This document shows positions 1 through 10,296 of a stretch of 64,000 nucleotides of DNA, piece after piece. The position numbers were made by a program, and so were the translations under genes. Position 1 is the stretch's first letter, and the number at the start of each line of letters is the position of its first letter. A model generated the notes under the pieces. It worked only from the letters and a program-made list of their open reading frames with translations, searched no databases and had not been told where the DNA came from. This stretch comes from an uncultured bacterium (GTDB lineage Bacteria > Planctomycetota > SZUA-567 > JAKLDR01), in assembly GCA_937935355.1 (NCBI GenBank), contig CALGYR010000100.1:3566-67565 (forward strand), given 5' to 3'.

Positions 1-45
1 TTCGACATTCGATGTTCTGAGGTTCGCCGTTCGTAGAGCTTAAGG
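1..45. repeat. family B element, partial at the window edge
   Basis: 'ttcgacattcgatgttctgaggttcgccgttcg' matches the right arm of the 26300-26420 element. Confidence 0.45.
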
Positions 46-119
46 AAGGGCCGTTCGGTGCAGCATCCGGCCTTCGTGATTGGACATGCGATGTTCGTCA
101 ATCTGCGGCTGGCGGTCCC

Positions 120-3029
120 TCATCCCTCCCCCGGCCGGTCCAGGATGCTGCGCACCTTGTCGGCCAGGTCCTCGAGCGTGAAGGGCTTGCTGATGAAGTC
201 GACGCCGGCCTCCAGCACTCCATGGCTGACGATGTACTTCTCGGTGTGTCCGGACATGTAGAGCACCCGCCTGACCTGTCCCCGGGAGGTGAGCATGTCG
301 GCCAGCCGGCGGCCGCTGACGGCCGGCATGACCACGTCGGTGAGCAGCAGGTCGATTGGGGCGGGGCTCGACTCGGCGGCCTGCAGGGCGTCGCCCACGT
401 TCTTGCAGGCCAGCACCTCGTAGCCGAGGTCGCGGAGCTCGGCCGCCACCAGGTCGCAGACCTCGGGCTCGTCCTCCACCACCAGGACCGATTCCGAGCC
501 CCGAGCCGCATCGCCGGCCTGCGCCGGGCTGGCGGACGCGGGCTCCTGCCCGGTTTTCTCCTCGGCGAGGGCCGGGAAGCAGACCTTGAAGGAGCTGCCT
601 TTGCCCGGCTCGGTGTCCACCTCGATGTGGCCGCCGCTCTGGCTGACGATGCCGTAGACCGTCGAGAGCCCGAGCCCGGTGCCGGCCCAGGGTTCCTTGG
701 TGGTGAAGAAGGGTTCGAAGAGGTGCTCGCGAACCTCCGGAGTCATGCCCGTGCCGGTGTCGGAAACCTCCAGCCGCACGTAGCGTCCCGGCAGGACCTC
801 CGGATGTCTGCGGCGCCGCTGCTCGCCGTGCTCGACATTGGCGGTGCGCAGGGTGAGCCGGCCGCCCTGGGGCATGGCGTCGCGGGCGTTGGTGGCCAGG
901 TTCATGATCACCTGGCTGACCTGAGTGTGGTCGGCCAATATCGGCCAGGGCTCCTTCTCGAGCGCGACTTCCAGCAGCACGTCCTCGCCCAGGACCGAGG
1001 GCAGCATCTCGCGCATCTCCGCGACCACGTCGTTGAGGTCGAGCCGCACCGGCTGCAGCACCTGCTTGCGCCCGAAGGCCAGGAGCTGCCGGGTCAGCGC
1101 CGCCGAGCGCTCCCCGGCCCGGACCATCTGCTCCACGGCGGCGCGCCGGAAGCCGGTCAGGCCCGGGTCGCGCAGCAGCCGGTTGCCGTAGCCGGTGACC
1201 ACGGTCATCATGTTGTTGAAGTCGTGGGCCACGCCGCCGGCCAGGCGTCCGACGGCGTCCATCTTCTGGGCCTGGAGGAGCTGGGCCTGCAGAAGGTCCC
1301 GCTCGGCGTCAGCGCGCTTGTGCTCGGTGAGGTCGTGGACCACGCTCATTACCAGGCGGCGCCCCTCGACCTCCACGATACGCGCGTGGACCTCCACGGG
1401 CATGATCGAGCCGTCCTTGCGGCGGTGGGCGGATTCGAAGACCATGTGCCCGGTGCGCTGCAATTCTTCGATCCGGGGCTTGACGAGCGCGGCCGAATCG
1501 GGGGCGTCGAGCTCCATGATCGTCATGGCCAGGAGTTCCTCGCGGGCGTAGCCGCGCGCTTCGCAGGCCGCCTGATTGACGTAGATCATCCGGCCCCCGG
1601 TGTCGTGCACGAAGATGGAGTCCGACGCCATGTCCAGCATCATGGAGCGGAAGCGGGACTCCTCCTCGGCCTTGCGGATCTTCTCGCGGTCCAGGACCTG
1701 GGCGGTCACGTCCTCCAGCGACAGGACCAGGAACTCGACCCGGCCGGCGGCGTCGAGGATGGGAGCCAGCGTCCAGTTCCAGTAGGTGACCCCCCGTTCG
1801 GGGCGATCCGGGAAGGTGAATGGTTGGGCCCAGGCCCGGTGCGGCTGCCGGGTCCTGACCACCCCCTCGAAGATGGCCCGGTTCTCCTCGTGCGGGCAGA
1901 GCTCGAAGTGGTTGCGGCCGGCGAAGTCAGTCGCGGGCCTCCCGCAGGCCTGGGCGTAGGCCTCGTTGACCCGGATGAAGTCGAACTTCGGGTCCAGGAA
2001 GACCGTCGGGGTGAGCGAGTGCTCGAACGACGCGTCGAGCTTGCGGGATTGCTCGCGCAGTTCGGCGGTTCGTATGGTCACCAGCCGCCGGAGGGACCGC
2101 GACCAGAGCAGGGCGATGGTCAGGAGGGCCAGCAGCGGCACCAGGACCCAGGCGGCGTAGGTCAGCACCGTCCGGGCCGAGGGCCCCTGCGGCTCGAACT
2201 GCTCCAGCCACTTCCGGCGGATCTCGTCGTATTCGCCGTCGGTCTTGATGGCGGCCAGGCCCCGGTCGAAGGGTGCCAGCACGGGGGAGTTGCCCTTCCT
2301 GACCGCGTAGCAGCAGTCCAGGGTCATGACCGTCATGCCCGCGACCACGGTCCCGTCCAGGTCCATCCGCTGGACGTAGTGCATGCCCACCGCCCGGGAG
2401 GTGACGAAACAGTCCCCCTGCCTGGAGAGCAGGAACCGGATGGCCTGGGGCACGTTCTCGACCACCAGCAGTCTGCCGGACACGCCGTTCTCGCGCAGCT
2501 GCTCCTCCATGGGGCTGCCGCGCACGACGACGACGCGATGGCCGCGCAGTTCCTCGAGCGAGTCGTACCGCCCGTTCTTCCGGCAGGAGAAGACGGCGAA
2601 CTGCACGGTGGTGATCGGCGCGGAGAAGTCCAGGCTCTTCTCGTACTCCCGGGTGTGGAACATGCCCTGCATGACGTCGACGGTGCCCGACTGCAGGGCC
2701 TGGCGGGTGGCCGCCCGGGAGGCCATCCGGAACTCGACGTCCAGGTCCGTGGCCCGGGCGATGGCCCTGGTCGTGTCGGTTATGAAGCCGGTGGGACTGC
2801 CCTCGTGGACGAACTCGTAAGGCGGGTAGCTGGCCAGCCCCCCGACGACCACGCGCGTGCGGCCGGCGGCCGCTTCCGGCCTTCCGGCCCGGGCCGTCCG
2901 GTTGGCGGCGTCTCCTCCTCCTGCCGCGCCCAGGGCCAGGAGCGCCGCGAGAAGGAACGCAGCGAGGAGCACCGGCGTGGTCAGAAGCCAGCTGCTCCGC
3001 GGGAGGACCTCCGTCCGGCGGCTAGCCAC
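120..3029 (-). CDS. hybrid sensor histidine kinase (periplasmic solute-binding domain, TM, PAS x2, HisKA/HATPase, C-terminal receiver)
   Basis: Translation shows an N-terminal TM and an SBP_bac_3-like domain. A second TM is followed by PAS regions. The H-box is 'GGVAHDFNNMM', the HATPase motifs include 'DTGTGM...GTGLGLS', and the receiver is 'LVVEDEPEV...DLLLTDVVMP'. Confidence 0.85.
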   Translation of the reverse strand: MASRRTEVLPRSSWLLTTPVLLAAFLLAALLALGAAGGGDAANRTARAGRPEAAAGRTRVVVGGLASYPPYEFVHEGSPTGFITDTTRAIARATDLDVEFRMASRAATRQALQSGTVDVMQGMFHTREYEKSLDFSAPITTVQFAVFSCRKNGRYDSLEELRGHRVVVVRGSPMEEQLRENGVSGRLLVVENVPQAIRFLLSRQGDCFVTSRAVGMHYVQRMDLDGTVVAGMTVMTLDCCYAVRKGNSPVLAPFDRGLAAIKTDGEYDEIRRKWLEQFEPQGPSARTVLTYAAWVLVPLLALLTIALLWSRSLRRLVTIRTAELREQSRKLDASFEHSLTPTVFLDPKFDFIRVNEAYAQACGRPATDFAGRNHFELCPHEENRAIFEGVVRTRQPHRAWAQPFTFPDRPERGVTYWNWTLAPILDAAGRVEFLVLSLEDVTAQVLDREKIRKAEEESRFRSMMLDMASDSIFVHDTGGRMIYVNQAACEARGYAREELLAMTIMELDAPDSAALVKPRIEELQRTGHMVFESAHRRKDGSIMPVEVHARIVEVEGRRLVMSVVHDLTEHKRADAERDLLQAQLLQAQKMDAVGRLAGGVAHDFNNMMTVVTGYGNRLLRDPGLTGFRRAAVEQMVRAGERSAALTRQLLAFGRKQVLQPVRLDLNDVVAEMREMLPSVLGEDVLLEVALEKEPWPILADHTQVSQVIMNLATNARDAMPQGGRLTLRTANVEHGEQRRRRHPEVLPGRYVRLEVSDTGTGMTPEVREHLFEPFFTTKEPWAGTGLGLSTVYGIVSQSGGHIEVDTEPGKGSSFKVCFPALAEEKTGQEPASASPAQAGDAARGSESVLVVEDEPEVCDLVAAELRDLGYEVLACKNVGDALQAAESSPAPIDLLLTDVVMPAVSGRRLADMLTSRGQVRRVLYMSGHTEKYIVSHGVLEAGVDFISKPFTLEDLADKVRSILDRPGEG

Positions 3030-3240
3030 GCAGTGCCCGCCACTCGTCGGGTTTGCGGCTTTCGCTGGAAGCGTCGGGAACTGAGCCGGAATTCATCGCG
3101 CCCACCAGGAGAGAAGGAGCGACGTGCGGAACCGGACCGCCGCCGCAAGAGAACCACCCTGATCCTCAGGGAATCAAGGTGGTTCCAGAACAGGGCCTAC
3201 TCGCCCCTTTAGCGGAACTTTCGGCCCTGTTCCATATCTG

Positions 3241-4077
3241 TTAACCGGATGGCGGTGGCGGATTTTCCCGGAAACTCCGGAACGGATCTCCTGCGTCGTT
3301 CCCGGAGAACGACCGGCGCAGCTCGCCCGGAGGCATTCCGAACTCCCGGCGGAAGAGACGGGACAGCTGGTATTCGTCGCCGACGCCAACCTCGGGGGCG
3401 ATGGCCTTTAAGGGCAGGTCGGTGGTCAGGAGCAGGAGCTTGGCCTTCTCCAGGCGCAGGAGGCGGAGCTCACGCATGGGCGTGTGCCCGGCCGAGCGCC
3501 GGAAGGCGCGCAGGAAATGGTAGCGGTCCATGCCCGCCTCCCGGGCCAGGTCGTCGAGGGAGAGGCGCTCGCCGAGCCTCTCGCGCATCCAGGCGCGCAT
3601 CCTGGGGGCCAGGCCGTAGGCGTCGGTGCCGGCCTCGGAGGCGGCGCGGAGCGCCTCGGCCGCCGCGGACCGGAAGAGGTTCGCGGCCGACTCCCGCTGC
3701 GCCGCGGTCGTTGCCGGCCGCTCGGCGCACAGCCAGGAGATGAGCAGCGCCACGCGTCCGCGGACGTCGCGGAACTTCACGGGCAGAGCGCCGGCGAAAC
3801 CGGGATGTTCGAAGGCCATGAACCACGTCTCGACCGGACGGCGCCGGTCGCTGGTCTCTTCGTGGAGCGTGCCCGCCTGATATAGCAGCAGCTCCCCCGG
3901 CCCGGCGGTGATGGCCTGCCCGCGCATCCGGACCTGCATCCGGCCGCGGACCACCGCGATGACCTCGTGAAACGGGTGGGAGTGGGCCGCCATGGCCCAG
4001 CGCGGGTCGGGCCGGACGTGCCCGGCGGATATCAGGCGTTCGGCGGCAGGCTGCTGCATTCGCGCAATTCCTGACAA
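3241..4077 (-). CDS. AraC family transcriptional regulator with N-terminal cupin domain
   Basis: The C-terminus carries an AraC HTH: 'LSLDDLAREAGMDRYHFLRAFRR..GHTPMRELRLLRLEKAKLLL'. The N-terminus has a cupin-like His motif 'HSHPFHEV'. Confidence 0.8.
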   Translation of the reverse strand: MSGIARMQQPAAERLISAGHVRPDPRWAMAAHSHPFHEVIAVVRGRMQVRMRGQAITAGPGELLLYQAGTLHEETSDRRRPVETWFMAFEHPGFAGALPVKFRDVRGRVALLISWLCAERPATTAAQRESAANLFRSAAAEALRAASEAGTDAYGLAPRMRAWMRERLGERLSLDDLAREAGMDRYHFLRAFRRSAGHTPMRELRLLRLEKAKLLLLTTDLPLKAIAPEVGVGDEYQLSRLFRREFGMPPGELRRSFSGNDAGDPFRSFRENPPPPSG

Positions 4078-4240
4078 AAGCCGTCAACCCCGGCCATTGT
4101 CCGCGCCCCCTCCGGCCGGCTAGGCTTGCTCTGAGGCCGGAAGAGAGGCCCCGGAGCCGGCGGCCGGCCGGGATTGTAGGCGGCCCCGGCCGCGGGCACA
4201 AGCGAGCCACGGAGGAAACGCGGCCATTGCAGAAGACGAT

Positions 4241-4361
4241 GCTCACCGCTGAGTCGCGGAGACGCAGAGACAGGATGCTGTCCGCGGCTGAGGCCTGCCC
4301 CATCAAAAGCCCTCGGCCACGTTCTGGAGGCAACTCTGCGACTCTGCGCCTCGGCGGTGAA
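4241..4361. repeat. family C hairpin element (GAGACGCGGAG-type arms, conserved loop)
   Basis: 'tcaccgctgagtcgcggagacgcagagac...tgtccgcggctgagg...ctctgcgactctgcgcctcggcggtgaa'. Confidence 0.75.
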
Positions 4362-4396
4362 GGCGTCTCTCGAAGAGGCCCTAACGGAGGATAGGC

Positions 4397-5452
4397 ATGG
4401 ACAGAGTCAGGATCGGTTTCGTGGGCGTCGGCGGGATGGGCCAGTGCGCCCACCTGCGCAACTACGCGGTGCTCCCGGACTGCGAGGTGGTGGCCATCGC
4501 CGAGCTTCGCGAGAAGACCGCCCGGGCGGTGGCCGGGAAGTACAACGTGCCGCGAGTCTACCGCTCGCATGAGGAGATGCTCGGACAGGAGCGGCTCGAC
4601 GGCATCGTCGCCAGCCAGCCGTTCGGCCGCCACGGCGTGCTGGTGCCGGGGCTGCTCGAGGCCGGCGTGCCGGTCTTCATCGAGAAGCCCCTGGCCGGCT
4701 GCATCGAGGCGGGCGAGAAGATCCTCTCGGCGCTCGCCCGGAGCAAGGCCTGGGTGATGGTCGGCTACCACAAGCGCAGCGACCCGGCCACCGCCGCGGC
4801 CAGGGCCGAAATCGACCGCCTGAAGAGCACCGGCGAGCTCGGCGGGCTCAAGTACGTGCGCATCCTGATGCCGGCCGGCGACTGGATCGCCGGCGGCTAC
4901 AGCGAGCTCATCAGCATCAAGGAGGACGCCAAGCCCGAGCTGGCCTGGGACGCGCCGGCCTCGGACATGTCCGCCGAGCTCTTCAAGCAGTACACCGCCT
5001 TCGTGAACTACTACATCCACCAGGTGAACCTGATGCGCTTCCTGCTCGGCGAGAGCTACAGGGTGACCTACGCCGACCCCTCGGGCGTGGTCTTCGCCGG
5101 CCAGAGCGCGAGCGGCGTCGCCTGCGTCATCGAGATGTCGCCCTACCGCACGACGGTCGACTGGCAGGAGTCGGCGCTGGTGGCCTTCGAGAAGGGCTAC
5201 GTGAAGCTCGAACTCCCGGCGCCGCTGGCCCACAACCGCCCGGGCCGCGTCGAGATCTTCAGGGATCCGAGCAAGGAAACTGCGCCTCAGACCGTCGTCC
5301 CGCAGCTGCCCTGGGTCCATGCCATGAAGCAGCAGGCGGCGAACTTCATCGCCGCGATCCGCGGCGAGAGGAGGCCGCCCTGCGACGCCGCCGAGGCGCT
5401 CGAGGACCTCAAGGTCGCCCGCGAGTACACCCGGCTCTGGAAGGGAGCGTGA
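4397..5452 (+). CDS. Gfo/Idh/MocA family oxidoreductase
   Basis: N-terminal Rossmann motif 'RIGFVGVGGMGQ..H' followed by 'EKPLA' and 'GYHKR'. The RBS 'ggaggataggc' precedes the ATG. Confidence 0.85.
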   Translation: MDRVRIGFVGVGGMGQCAHLRNYAVLPDCEVVAIAELREKTARAVAGKYNVPRVYRSHEEMLGQERLDGIVASQPFGRHGVLVPGLLEAGVPVFIEKPLAGCIEAGEKILSALARSKAWVMVGYHKRSDPATAAARAEIDRLKSTGELGGLKYVRILMPAGDWIAGGYSELISIKEDAKPELAWDAPASDMSAELFKQYTAFVNYYIHQVNLMRFLLGESYRVTYADPSGVVFAGQSASGVACVIEMSPYRTTVDWQESALVAFEKGYVKLELPAPLAHNRPGRVEIFRDPSKETAPQTVVPQLPWVHAMKQQAANFIAAIRGERRPPCDAAEALEDLKVAREYTRLWKGA

Positions 5453-5456
5453 CCAC

Positions 5457-6557
5457 GTGCCCCTCAAGTGGAGGAAGGAACTCATCGCCGACGAGCGCTA
5501 CGAGTCGGCCGGGGTCTTCGACGTCGACGGCGACGGAGTGCCCGACATCGTTTCCGGCGCCTGGTGGTACAAGGGCCCGGACTTCAAGCAGGCCTTCAAG
5601 ATCGGCGAAGTCCGGGCCGAGGGCGAGTACTTCGACGACTTCTCGACCATCCCCATGGACGTCAACGGCGACGGCCGCCTCGACTTCATCACCGGCGGCT
5701 GGTGGGGCAACACCCTGCGTTGGCGCGAGAACCCCGGCGAGTACGACCCGAAGAAGAAGCCCTGGCCCGAGCACGTCATCGCCGAGACCGGCAACATCGA
5801 GACCACTCGTGCCTGGGACGTCGACGGCGACGGCGAGCTCGAGATCGTGCCCAACACCCCCAACGGGCCGCTCGTGGCCTACAAGCTCGTCCGCGATGCG
5901 AGCGGCAAGGGCACCGGGAAGTTCGCGGGTTACAAGCTCTGGAGCGCGAAGCAGGGCCACGGCCTGGGCTTCGGCGACATCGACGGCGACGGGCGGGGAG
6001 AGTTCATCCTGAACACCGGTTGGTTGAAGGCCCCGGCCGCCGGGCTCTTCTCCGGCGAGTGGACCTTCCACGAGGAGTTCAAGCTGATGCCCTGGGCGGC
6101 GAGCGTCCCGGTCCTGGTGGTCGACTTGAACGGCGACGGCCGCAGCGAGCTCATCGTCGGCAACGCCCACGGCTACGGCCTCGACTGGTGGGAGCAGTCC
6201 CCCGAGGCGGGCGGCAGGCGCTCCTGGAAGAAGCACCCCATCGACCCCTGGAACGCCCAGTACCACGACCTCCAGTGGGCGGACATCGACGGCGACGGGC
6301 AAGCCGAGCTCGTGACCGGCAAGCGCCACCGCGCCCACAACGGCAACGACATCGGCGAGGCGGACGACGTCGGCCTCTACTATTTCAAGTGGACGGGCGA
6401 AAGCTTCGCCAAGCAGGTCATCGACTACGGCCCGATCCGACAGGGCAAGGGCTGCGGCATCTTCTTCCAGTTGGCCGACCTGTCAGGCACCGGGCGGCTG
6501 GACATCGTGGCACCGGGGAAGGACGGGCTCTACGTCTTCCGAAACCTGGGGCTGTAG
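5457..6557 (+). CDS. FG-GAP/VCBS repeat-containing protein
   Basis: Repeated 'DVDGDG', 'DIDGDG' and 'DLNGDG' calcium-binding FG-GAP motifs. The start lies 5 bp after the oxidoreductase stop, suggesting an operon. Confidence 0.8.
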   Translation: MPLKWRKELIADERYESAGVFDVDGDGVPDIVSGAWWYKGPDFKQAFKIGEVRAEGEYFDDFSTIPMDVNGDGRLDFITGGWWGNTLRWRENPGEYDPKKKPWPEHVIAETGNIETTRAWDVDGDGELEIVPNTPNGPLVAYKLVRDASGKGTGKFAGYKLWSAKQGHGLGFGDIDGDGRGEFILNTGWLKAPAAGLFSGEWTFHEEFKLMPWAASVPVLVVDLNGDGRSELIVGNAHGYGLDWWEQSPEAGGRRSWKKHPIDPWNAQYHDLQWADIDGDGQAELVTGKRHRAHNGNDIGEADDVGLYYFKWTGESFAKQVIDYGPIRQGKGCGIFFQLADLSGTGRLDIVAPGKDGLYVFRNLGL

Positions 6558-6574
6558 GCACAAGATGGATCCCC

Positions 6575-6706
6575 ACCACAGAGCACACGGAGGGCACAGA
6601 GGACGGCCACAGTTGCTCATCTGCGGAGACACGGCCATGCCGCCCAAGGCTCTTGCCACAGTGAAAAGTCACGGTCGTCCTCCGTGTCCTCTGTGTCCTC
6701 TGTGGT
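6575..6706. repeat. family D hairpin (CACAGAGG-type arms)
   Basis: 'ccacagagcacacggagggcacagaggacgg-N68-cgtcctccgtgtcctctgtgtcctctgtgg'. Confidence 0.75.
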
Positions 6707-6766
6707 GAAGATCGCAGTTGTAGCCTTGGACGTTTCTCGAAACGGCCCTGGGAGGATTCCGGAGTC

Positions 6767-7885
6767 ATGACCAACCGCGAGAGACTCGTCGGGACCCTGA
6801 TCGGCCGGCCGGTCGACCGCGCGCCGCTGCCCTGGTGGATGGGTTTCAGTCCCTGGGGCGAGACGCTCGAGCGCTGGCGCCGGGAGTCGGGAGACCCGAG
6901 CCTGGACGTCCGCGCGCGGCTGGGCTTCGAGCCATTCTTCGCGGCGGTCCCGGCCGAGTACGGGCCCTTCCCGCGCTTCGAGAGGCGCGTCCTCGAGGAG
7001 ACTGCAGAGCACGCGACCTTCACCGACTGGCGCGGCATCACCGTCCGCCAGCGGAAGGGCTCGAGCGACATGCCGGAGTTCGTCGACCATCCGGTGAAGG
7101 GGCCCGACGACTGGAAGCGCTACAAGGAGGAGCGGCTGCTCCCGCGCGTCGAGGAGCGCCTGGCCGCGCTGCCGGAGTGGCTGGCCAGGGTTACGCCGGA
7201 GACGGCCGTGCAGGTCGGGGTCTTCCCCTGGGGCGTATTCGGCACGGCGCGCGACCTGCTCGGCGCCGAGGAACTGCTGGTCGGCTTCTACTCCGAGCCG
7301 GAGATGGTCCGCGACATCATGGAGACGAACGTCAGCCTGTGGCTGGCGCTATACGAGCGGATCGCCGATCACGTCCGGATCGACCACATCCACGTCTGGG
7401 AGGACATGTCGGGCCGGCAGGGCAGCCTGATCTCCCCGGCGATGGCCGAGGACTTCATGATGCCGCAGTACGACCGCATCGCCGACTTCGCCCGGCGCCG
7501 CGGCGTGCCGGTGGTCTCGGTGGACTCCGACGGGCAGGTCGACGAGCTCGTGCCGCTCATGATGCGCCACGGGGTCAACGCCTTCATGCCCTTCGAGGTC
7601 CAGGCCGGCTCGGACGTCGAGGAGTTCGGCCGGCGCTACCCCGGGATCGGCCTATTCGGCGGGCTCGACAAGCGCGCGCTGGCCGGTGGCCGGGCCGAAA
7701 TGCACCGCGAGCTCGACCGCGCCGAGCGGTTGCTGGCCCGCGGCCGGTGGGTGCCGGGCTTCGACCACCTCATCCCGCCCGAGGCGTCCTGGGAGAACTT
7801 CAGCTGGTTCGTAGGCGAGCTTCGGAAGCTGGTTATGCAGGCGGCCGGCGCCGCCCCCGCCACTGGCGCGGCGAGCACTTCATGA
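6767..7885 (+). CDS. uroporphyrinogen decarboxylase (URO-D) family protein, MtaA/CmuA-like methyltransferase family
   Basis: URO-D fold signatures, including 'HIHVWEDMSGRQGSLISP' and 'VDSDGQVDELVPLMMRHGVNAFMPFE'. Confidence 0.75.
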   Translation: MTNRERLVGTLIGRPVDRAPLPWWMGFSPWGETLERWRRESGDPSLDVRARLGFEPFFAAVPAEYGPFPRFERRVLEETAEHATFTDWRGITVRQRKGSSDMPEFVDHPVKGPDDWKRYKEERLLPRVEERLAALPEWLARVTPETAVQVGVFPWGVFGTARDLLGAEELLVGFYSEPEMVRDIMETNVSLWLALYERIADHVRIDHIHVWEDMSGRQGSLISPAMAEDFMMPQYDRIADFARRRGVPVVSVDSDGQVDELVPLMMRHGVNAFMPFEVQAGSDVEEFGRRYPGIGLFGGLDKRALAGGRAEMHRELDRAERLLARGRWVPGFDHLIPPEASWENFSWFVGELRKLVMQAAGAAPATGAASTS

Positions 7886-8747
7886 CCCGCTGGAAGTGGC
7901 GGTTGAAGCTCGAGAGGGTGGGGTAGCCCACCCGGCCGGCCACGTCCAGCACCCGCAGGCTGGTGCTCTCCAGGAGCGTCGTCGCCATCTGAAGGCGCAG
8001 ATAGGTTAGATAGTCGCGCGGGCTGCGCCCCGTCGCCCGGTGGAACATCCGGCGCAGGTTGCTCTCGCTCGTGGCGCAGAGCTCGGCGAGCTCGGCCATC
8101 CCCACCGGCTCGGCGTAAGTCCGCGAGAGGTGCTCGAGCGCCGGGGCGATGGCCTCGGCTGGACCGGCCCGCTCGCGCGGTGTCGCGTCAGGCTCGGCTC
8201 CCGGCAGCCGCTGGAGCAGACCCATGGCCGCCAGCACCAGCCCCCGGACCACCGTCCGGTGACCGGGCCGGGCGCCTCCGCCGGCGGCCTCCAACTCGGC
8301 GACGAGCTGCCTGACGGCCCCGACCAACTCCGGATGGGCGCCCGGCTTCACGATGTTCGGGAAGCCCGGTCCGCCGAGCGGGGCGATGCGCAGCGCCTCT
8401 CGGTCGTCGCTTGCGGCGCTCAGGAGCTTGGCGGGGTCGAGCATTACGAAGCTCCAGGAACTGCCCGTGTCGGGCGCGCTCTGGGCCCGGTGCATCTCGC
8501 GGTCGTTGATCACCGACACGTCGCCGGATGCGAAAGGCAGGACCTTGTCCTCGACCACGAAGATGCCGGCGCCCTGGTGGCAGTAGCCCAGTTCCAGGCA
8601 GTCGTGCAGGTGCAGCCCGGTGATGGGCTCGGTCGAGGGGGAATGGCGCCTGCCCATGGCTATCGGGAAGTCAGCTGGCAGCACGGACGGCATGAACTGC
8701 TGCTCGGCCGGCTGTCGTGAGCGATTCTGCACGGTTTTTGGCCGCAT
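7833..8747 (-). CDS. AraC family transcriptional regulator (cupin N-terminal domain)
   Basis: C-terminal AraC HTH 'MAELAELCATSESNLRRMFHRATGRSPRDYLTYLRLQMATTLL'. The true start may be the internal Met near 8693. The 3' end overlaps the convergent URO-D gene. Confidence 0.75.
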   Translation of the reverse strand: MRPKTVQNRSRQPAEQQFMPSVLPADFPIAMGRRHSPSTEPITGLHLHDCLELGYCHQGAGIFVVEDKVLPFASGDVSVINDREMHRAQSAPDTGSSWSFVMLDPAKLLSAASDDREALRIAPLGGPGFPNIVKPGAHPELVGAVRQLVAELEAAGGGARPGHRTVVRGLVLAAMGLLQRLPGAEPDATPRERAGPAEAIAPALEHLSRTYAEPVGMAELAELCATSESNLRRMFHRATGRSPRDYLTYLRLQMATTLLESTSLRVLDVAGRVGYPTLSSFNRHFQRVMKCSPRQWRGRRRPPA

Positions 8748-8814
8748 CTGCGTGGACCTCCGCCAATACGGCAGTGTAAGCTATACCGAGACGAGCGCAA
8801 GTCCCGTGGGTGGT

Positions 8815-8900
8815 CAACCACAAAGTCACCAAGGCACAAAGGGGCACAAAGCAGAAAAAGGCGTTCCTCTTGGTGTCTCTTCGTGTCTTGGTGTCTTTGG
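8815..8900. repeat. family D hairpin (CACAAAGG variant)
   Basis: 'ccacaaagtcaccaaggcacaaaggggcacaaag-N18-ctcttggtgtctcttcgtgtcttggtgtctttgggg'. Confidence 0.7.
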
Positions 8901-8928
8901 GGTAAGGAGAGAATTGGGAGGAGAGAAG

Positions 8929-10230
8929 ATGGCTTACCCCAAGGTGGCGGACATCAAGAAGACGGCCGAGCTGTTGGAACTCTACAGCCAGCTCCAGCAC
9001 GAGTACGGGGCCAGGGGCGTCGAGCGCGAGCTTGCCGGCGTGCGCCGGGCGATGGACGCGGGCCTGAAGCGTCTGCGCGCACTGCCGGCCGACGCGAAGC
9101 TCGCGGCCAGAGAGCCCAACCGCCTCGCCGACATCAAGCGGCTCCGCCCGGCCGGCCCGCGCCGGATGTGGAAGACGTTCGACCGTGCCGGGTACCTCGA
9201 CCGGCTGGAGGGCGCGCTGCTCGCGCGCATGGCCGGCTGCACGCTCGGGGCGCCGGTCGAATTCTGGGACATCGAGAAGATGCAGGAACTGGCCCGTGAG
9301 AACGGCCAGAACTTCCCGCCCACCGAATATTGGAGCCGCGTGCCGGAGCCTTTCCGGAAGCGCTACGGCTTCAGCGAGCGCCGGGACTACACCCGCGACC
9401 GGATGAACGGCGTCCCGGTGGACGACGACATCGTCTACACGCTCCTCGGGCTCCTGGTGGTCGAGGAGTACGGTCCGCGTTTCTCTGTCGCGGAGAACGG
9501 CAGGGCCTGGCTCAAGCACCTGCCCTACGCCTGCACCGCCGAGAAGGTGGCCCTCGAGAACCTGGGCAGGGGCGTGGCCGCGATGCAGGCCGGCTGGCGC
9601 GACAACCCCTACTGCGAGTGGATCGGCGCCGACATCCGCTCCGACCCCTGGGGCTACATGGCCCCCGGCATGCCGGAGTTCGCCGCTGACATGGCCTGGC
9701 GCGACGCCTACCTCAGCCACCGCCGCAACGGCGTCTACGGCGAGATGTACTTCTCGGCGGCCATCGCCGCGGCCTTCGCGGTGGACGACCCGGTCGAGGC
9801 CCTGAGGATCGGGCTCACCGAGATCCCGCGCGACTGCGCCATGGCCGGGGCGGTGCGCTGGGCGCTGAAGGTTGCCCCGAAGATCCGCAACTGGCGCCAG
9901 GCCCGCGACGCCGCCGAGCGGAAGTTCGCCGGCATGCACCGGGTGCACACCATCATCAACGCGGTGCTGACCATCTGGGGCATCACCATCGGCCGGACCG
10001 ACGTTTCGAAGGTGATCGGCGAGACCGTGGCCATGGGCCTGGACAACGACTGCACGGCGGCGACGGCCGGCTCCATCGTGGGCGCAGTGGTGGGCAGGAA
10101 GGGCGTTCCCGCGAAGTGGACCAAGCCCTTCAACAACACCGTCCACTCGTACCTCAAGACCTGCAGGAAGTTCCGGATCGACGATCTCCTCCGGCGCTTC
10201 GCGAAGCAGGCCGAGAGGGTGCACGGGTAG
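8929..10230 (+). CDS. ADP-ribosylglycohydrolase family protein
   Basis: The ATG at 8929 follows the RBS 'ggaggagagaag'. Conserved motifs include 'GCTLGAPVEF...DDDIVYTL' and 'GLDNDCTAATAGSIVGA' (ADP-ribosylglycohydrolase Mg-binding D/T-rich motifs). Confidence 0.8.
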   Translation: MAYPKVADIKKTAELLELYSQLQHEYGARGVERELAGVRRAMDAGLKRLRALPADAKLAAREPNRLADIKRLRPAGPRRMWKTFDRAGYLDRLEGALLARMAGCTLGAPVEFWDIEKMQELARENGQNFPPTEYWSRVPEPFRKRYGFSERRDYTRDRMNGVPVDDDIVYTLLGLLVVEEYGPRFSVAENGRAWLKHLPYACTAEKVALENLGRGVAAMQAGWRDNPYCEWIGADIRSDPWGYMAPGMPEFAADMAWRDAYLSHRRNGVYGEMYFSAAIAAAFAVDDPVEALRIGLTEIPRDCAMAGAVRWALKVAPKIRNWRQARDAAERKFAGMHRVHTIINAVLTIWGITIGRTDVSKVIGETVAMGLDNDCTAATAGSIVGAVVGRKGVPAKWTKPFNNTVHSYLKTCRKFRIDDLLRRFAKQAERVHG

Positions 10231-10275
10231 GGGGTGGAAGGCTGGAAGGCTGGAAGGCTGGAAGGTTGGAAGGGC
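10231..10275. repeat. family A oligomer repeat (GGCTGGAAGG x4 direct)
   Basis: 'gggtggaaggctggaaggctggaaggctggaaggttggaagg' lies between the ADP-ribosylglycohydrolase stop and the URO-D start. Confidence 0.7.
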
Positions 10276-10296
10276 GGGGGAGATGAGGGCGGAAGC

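Noticed and set aside
222-3212. 996 aa ORF antisense to the sensor kinase
   Set aside because: The translation is Arg/Gly/Ala/Pro-rich low complexity with no domains. This is a GC-bias artefact opposite a gene with clear HisKA/HATPase/REC motifs.
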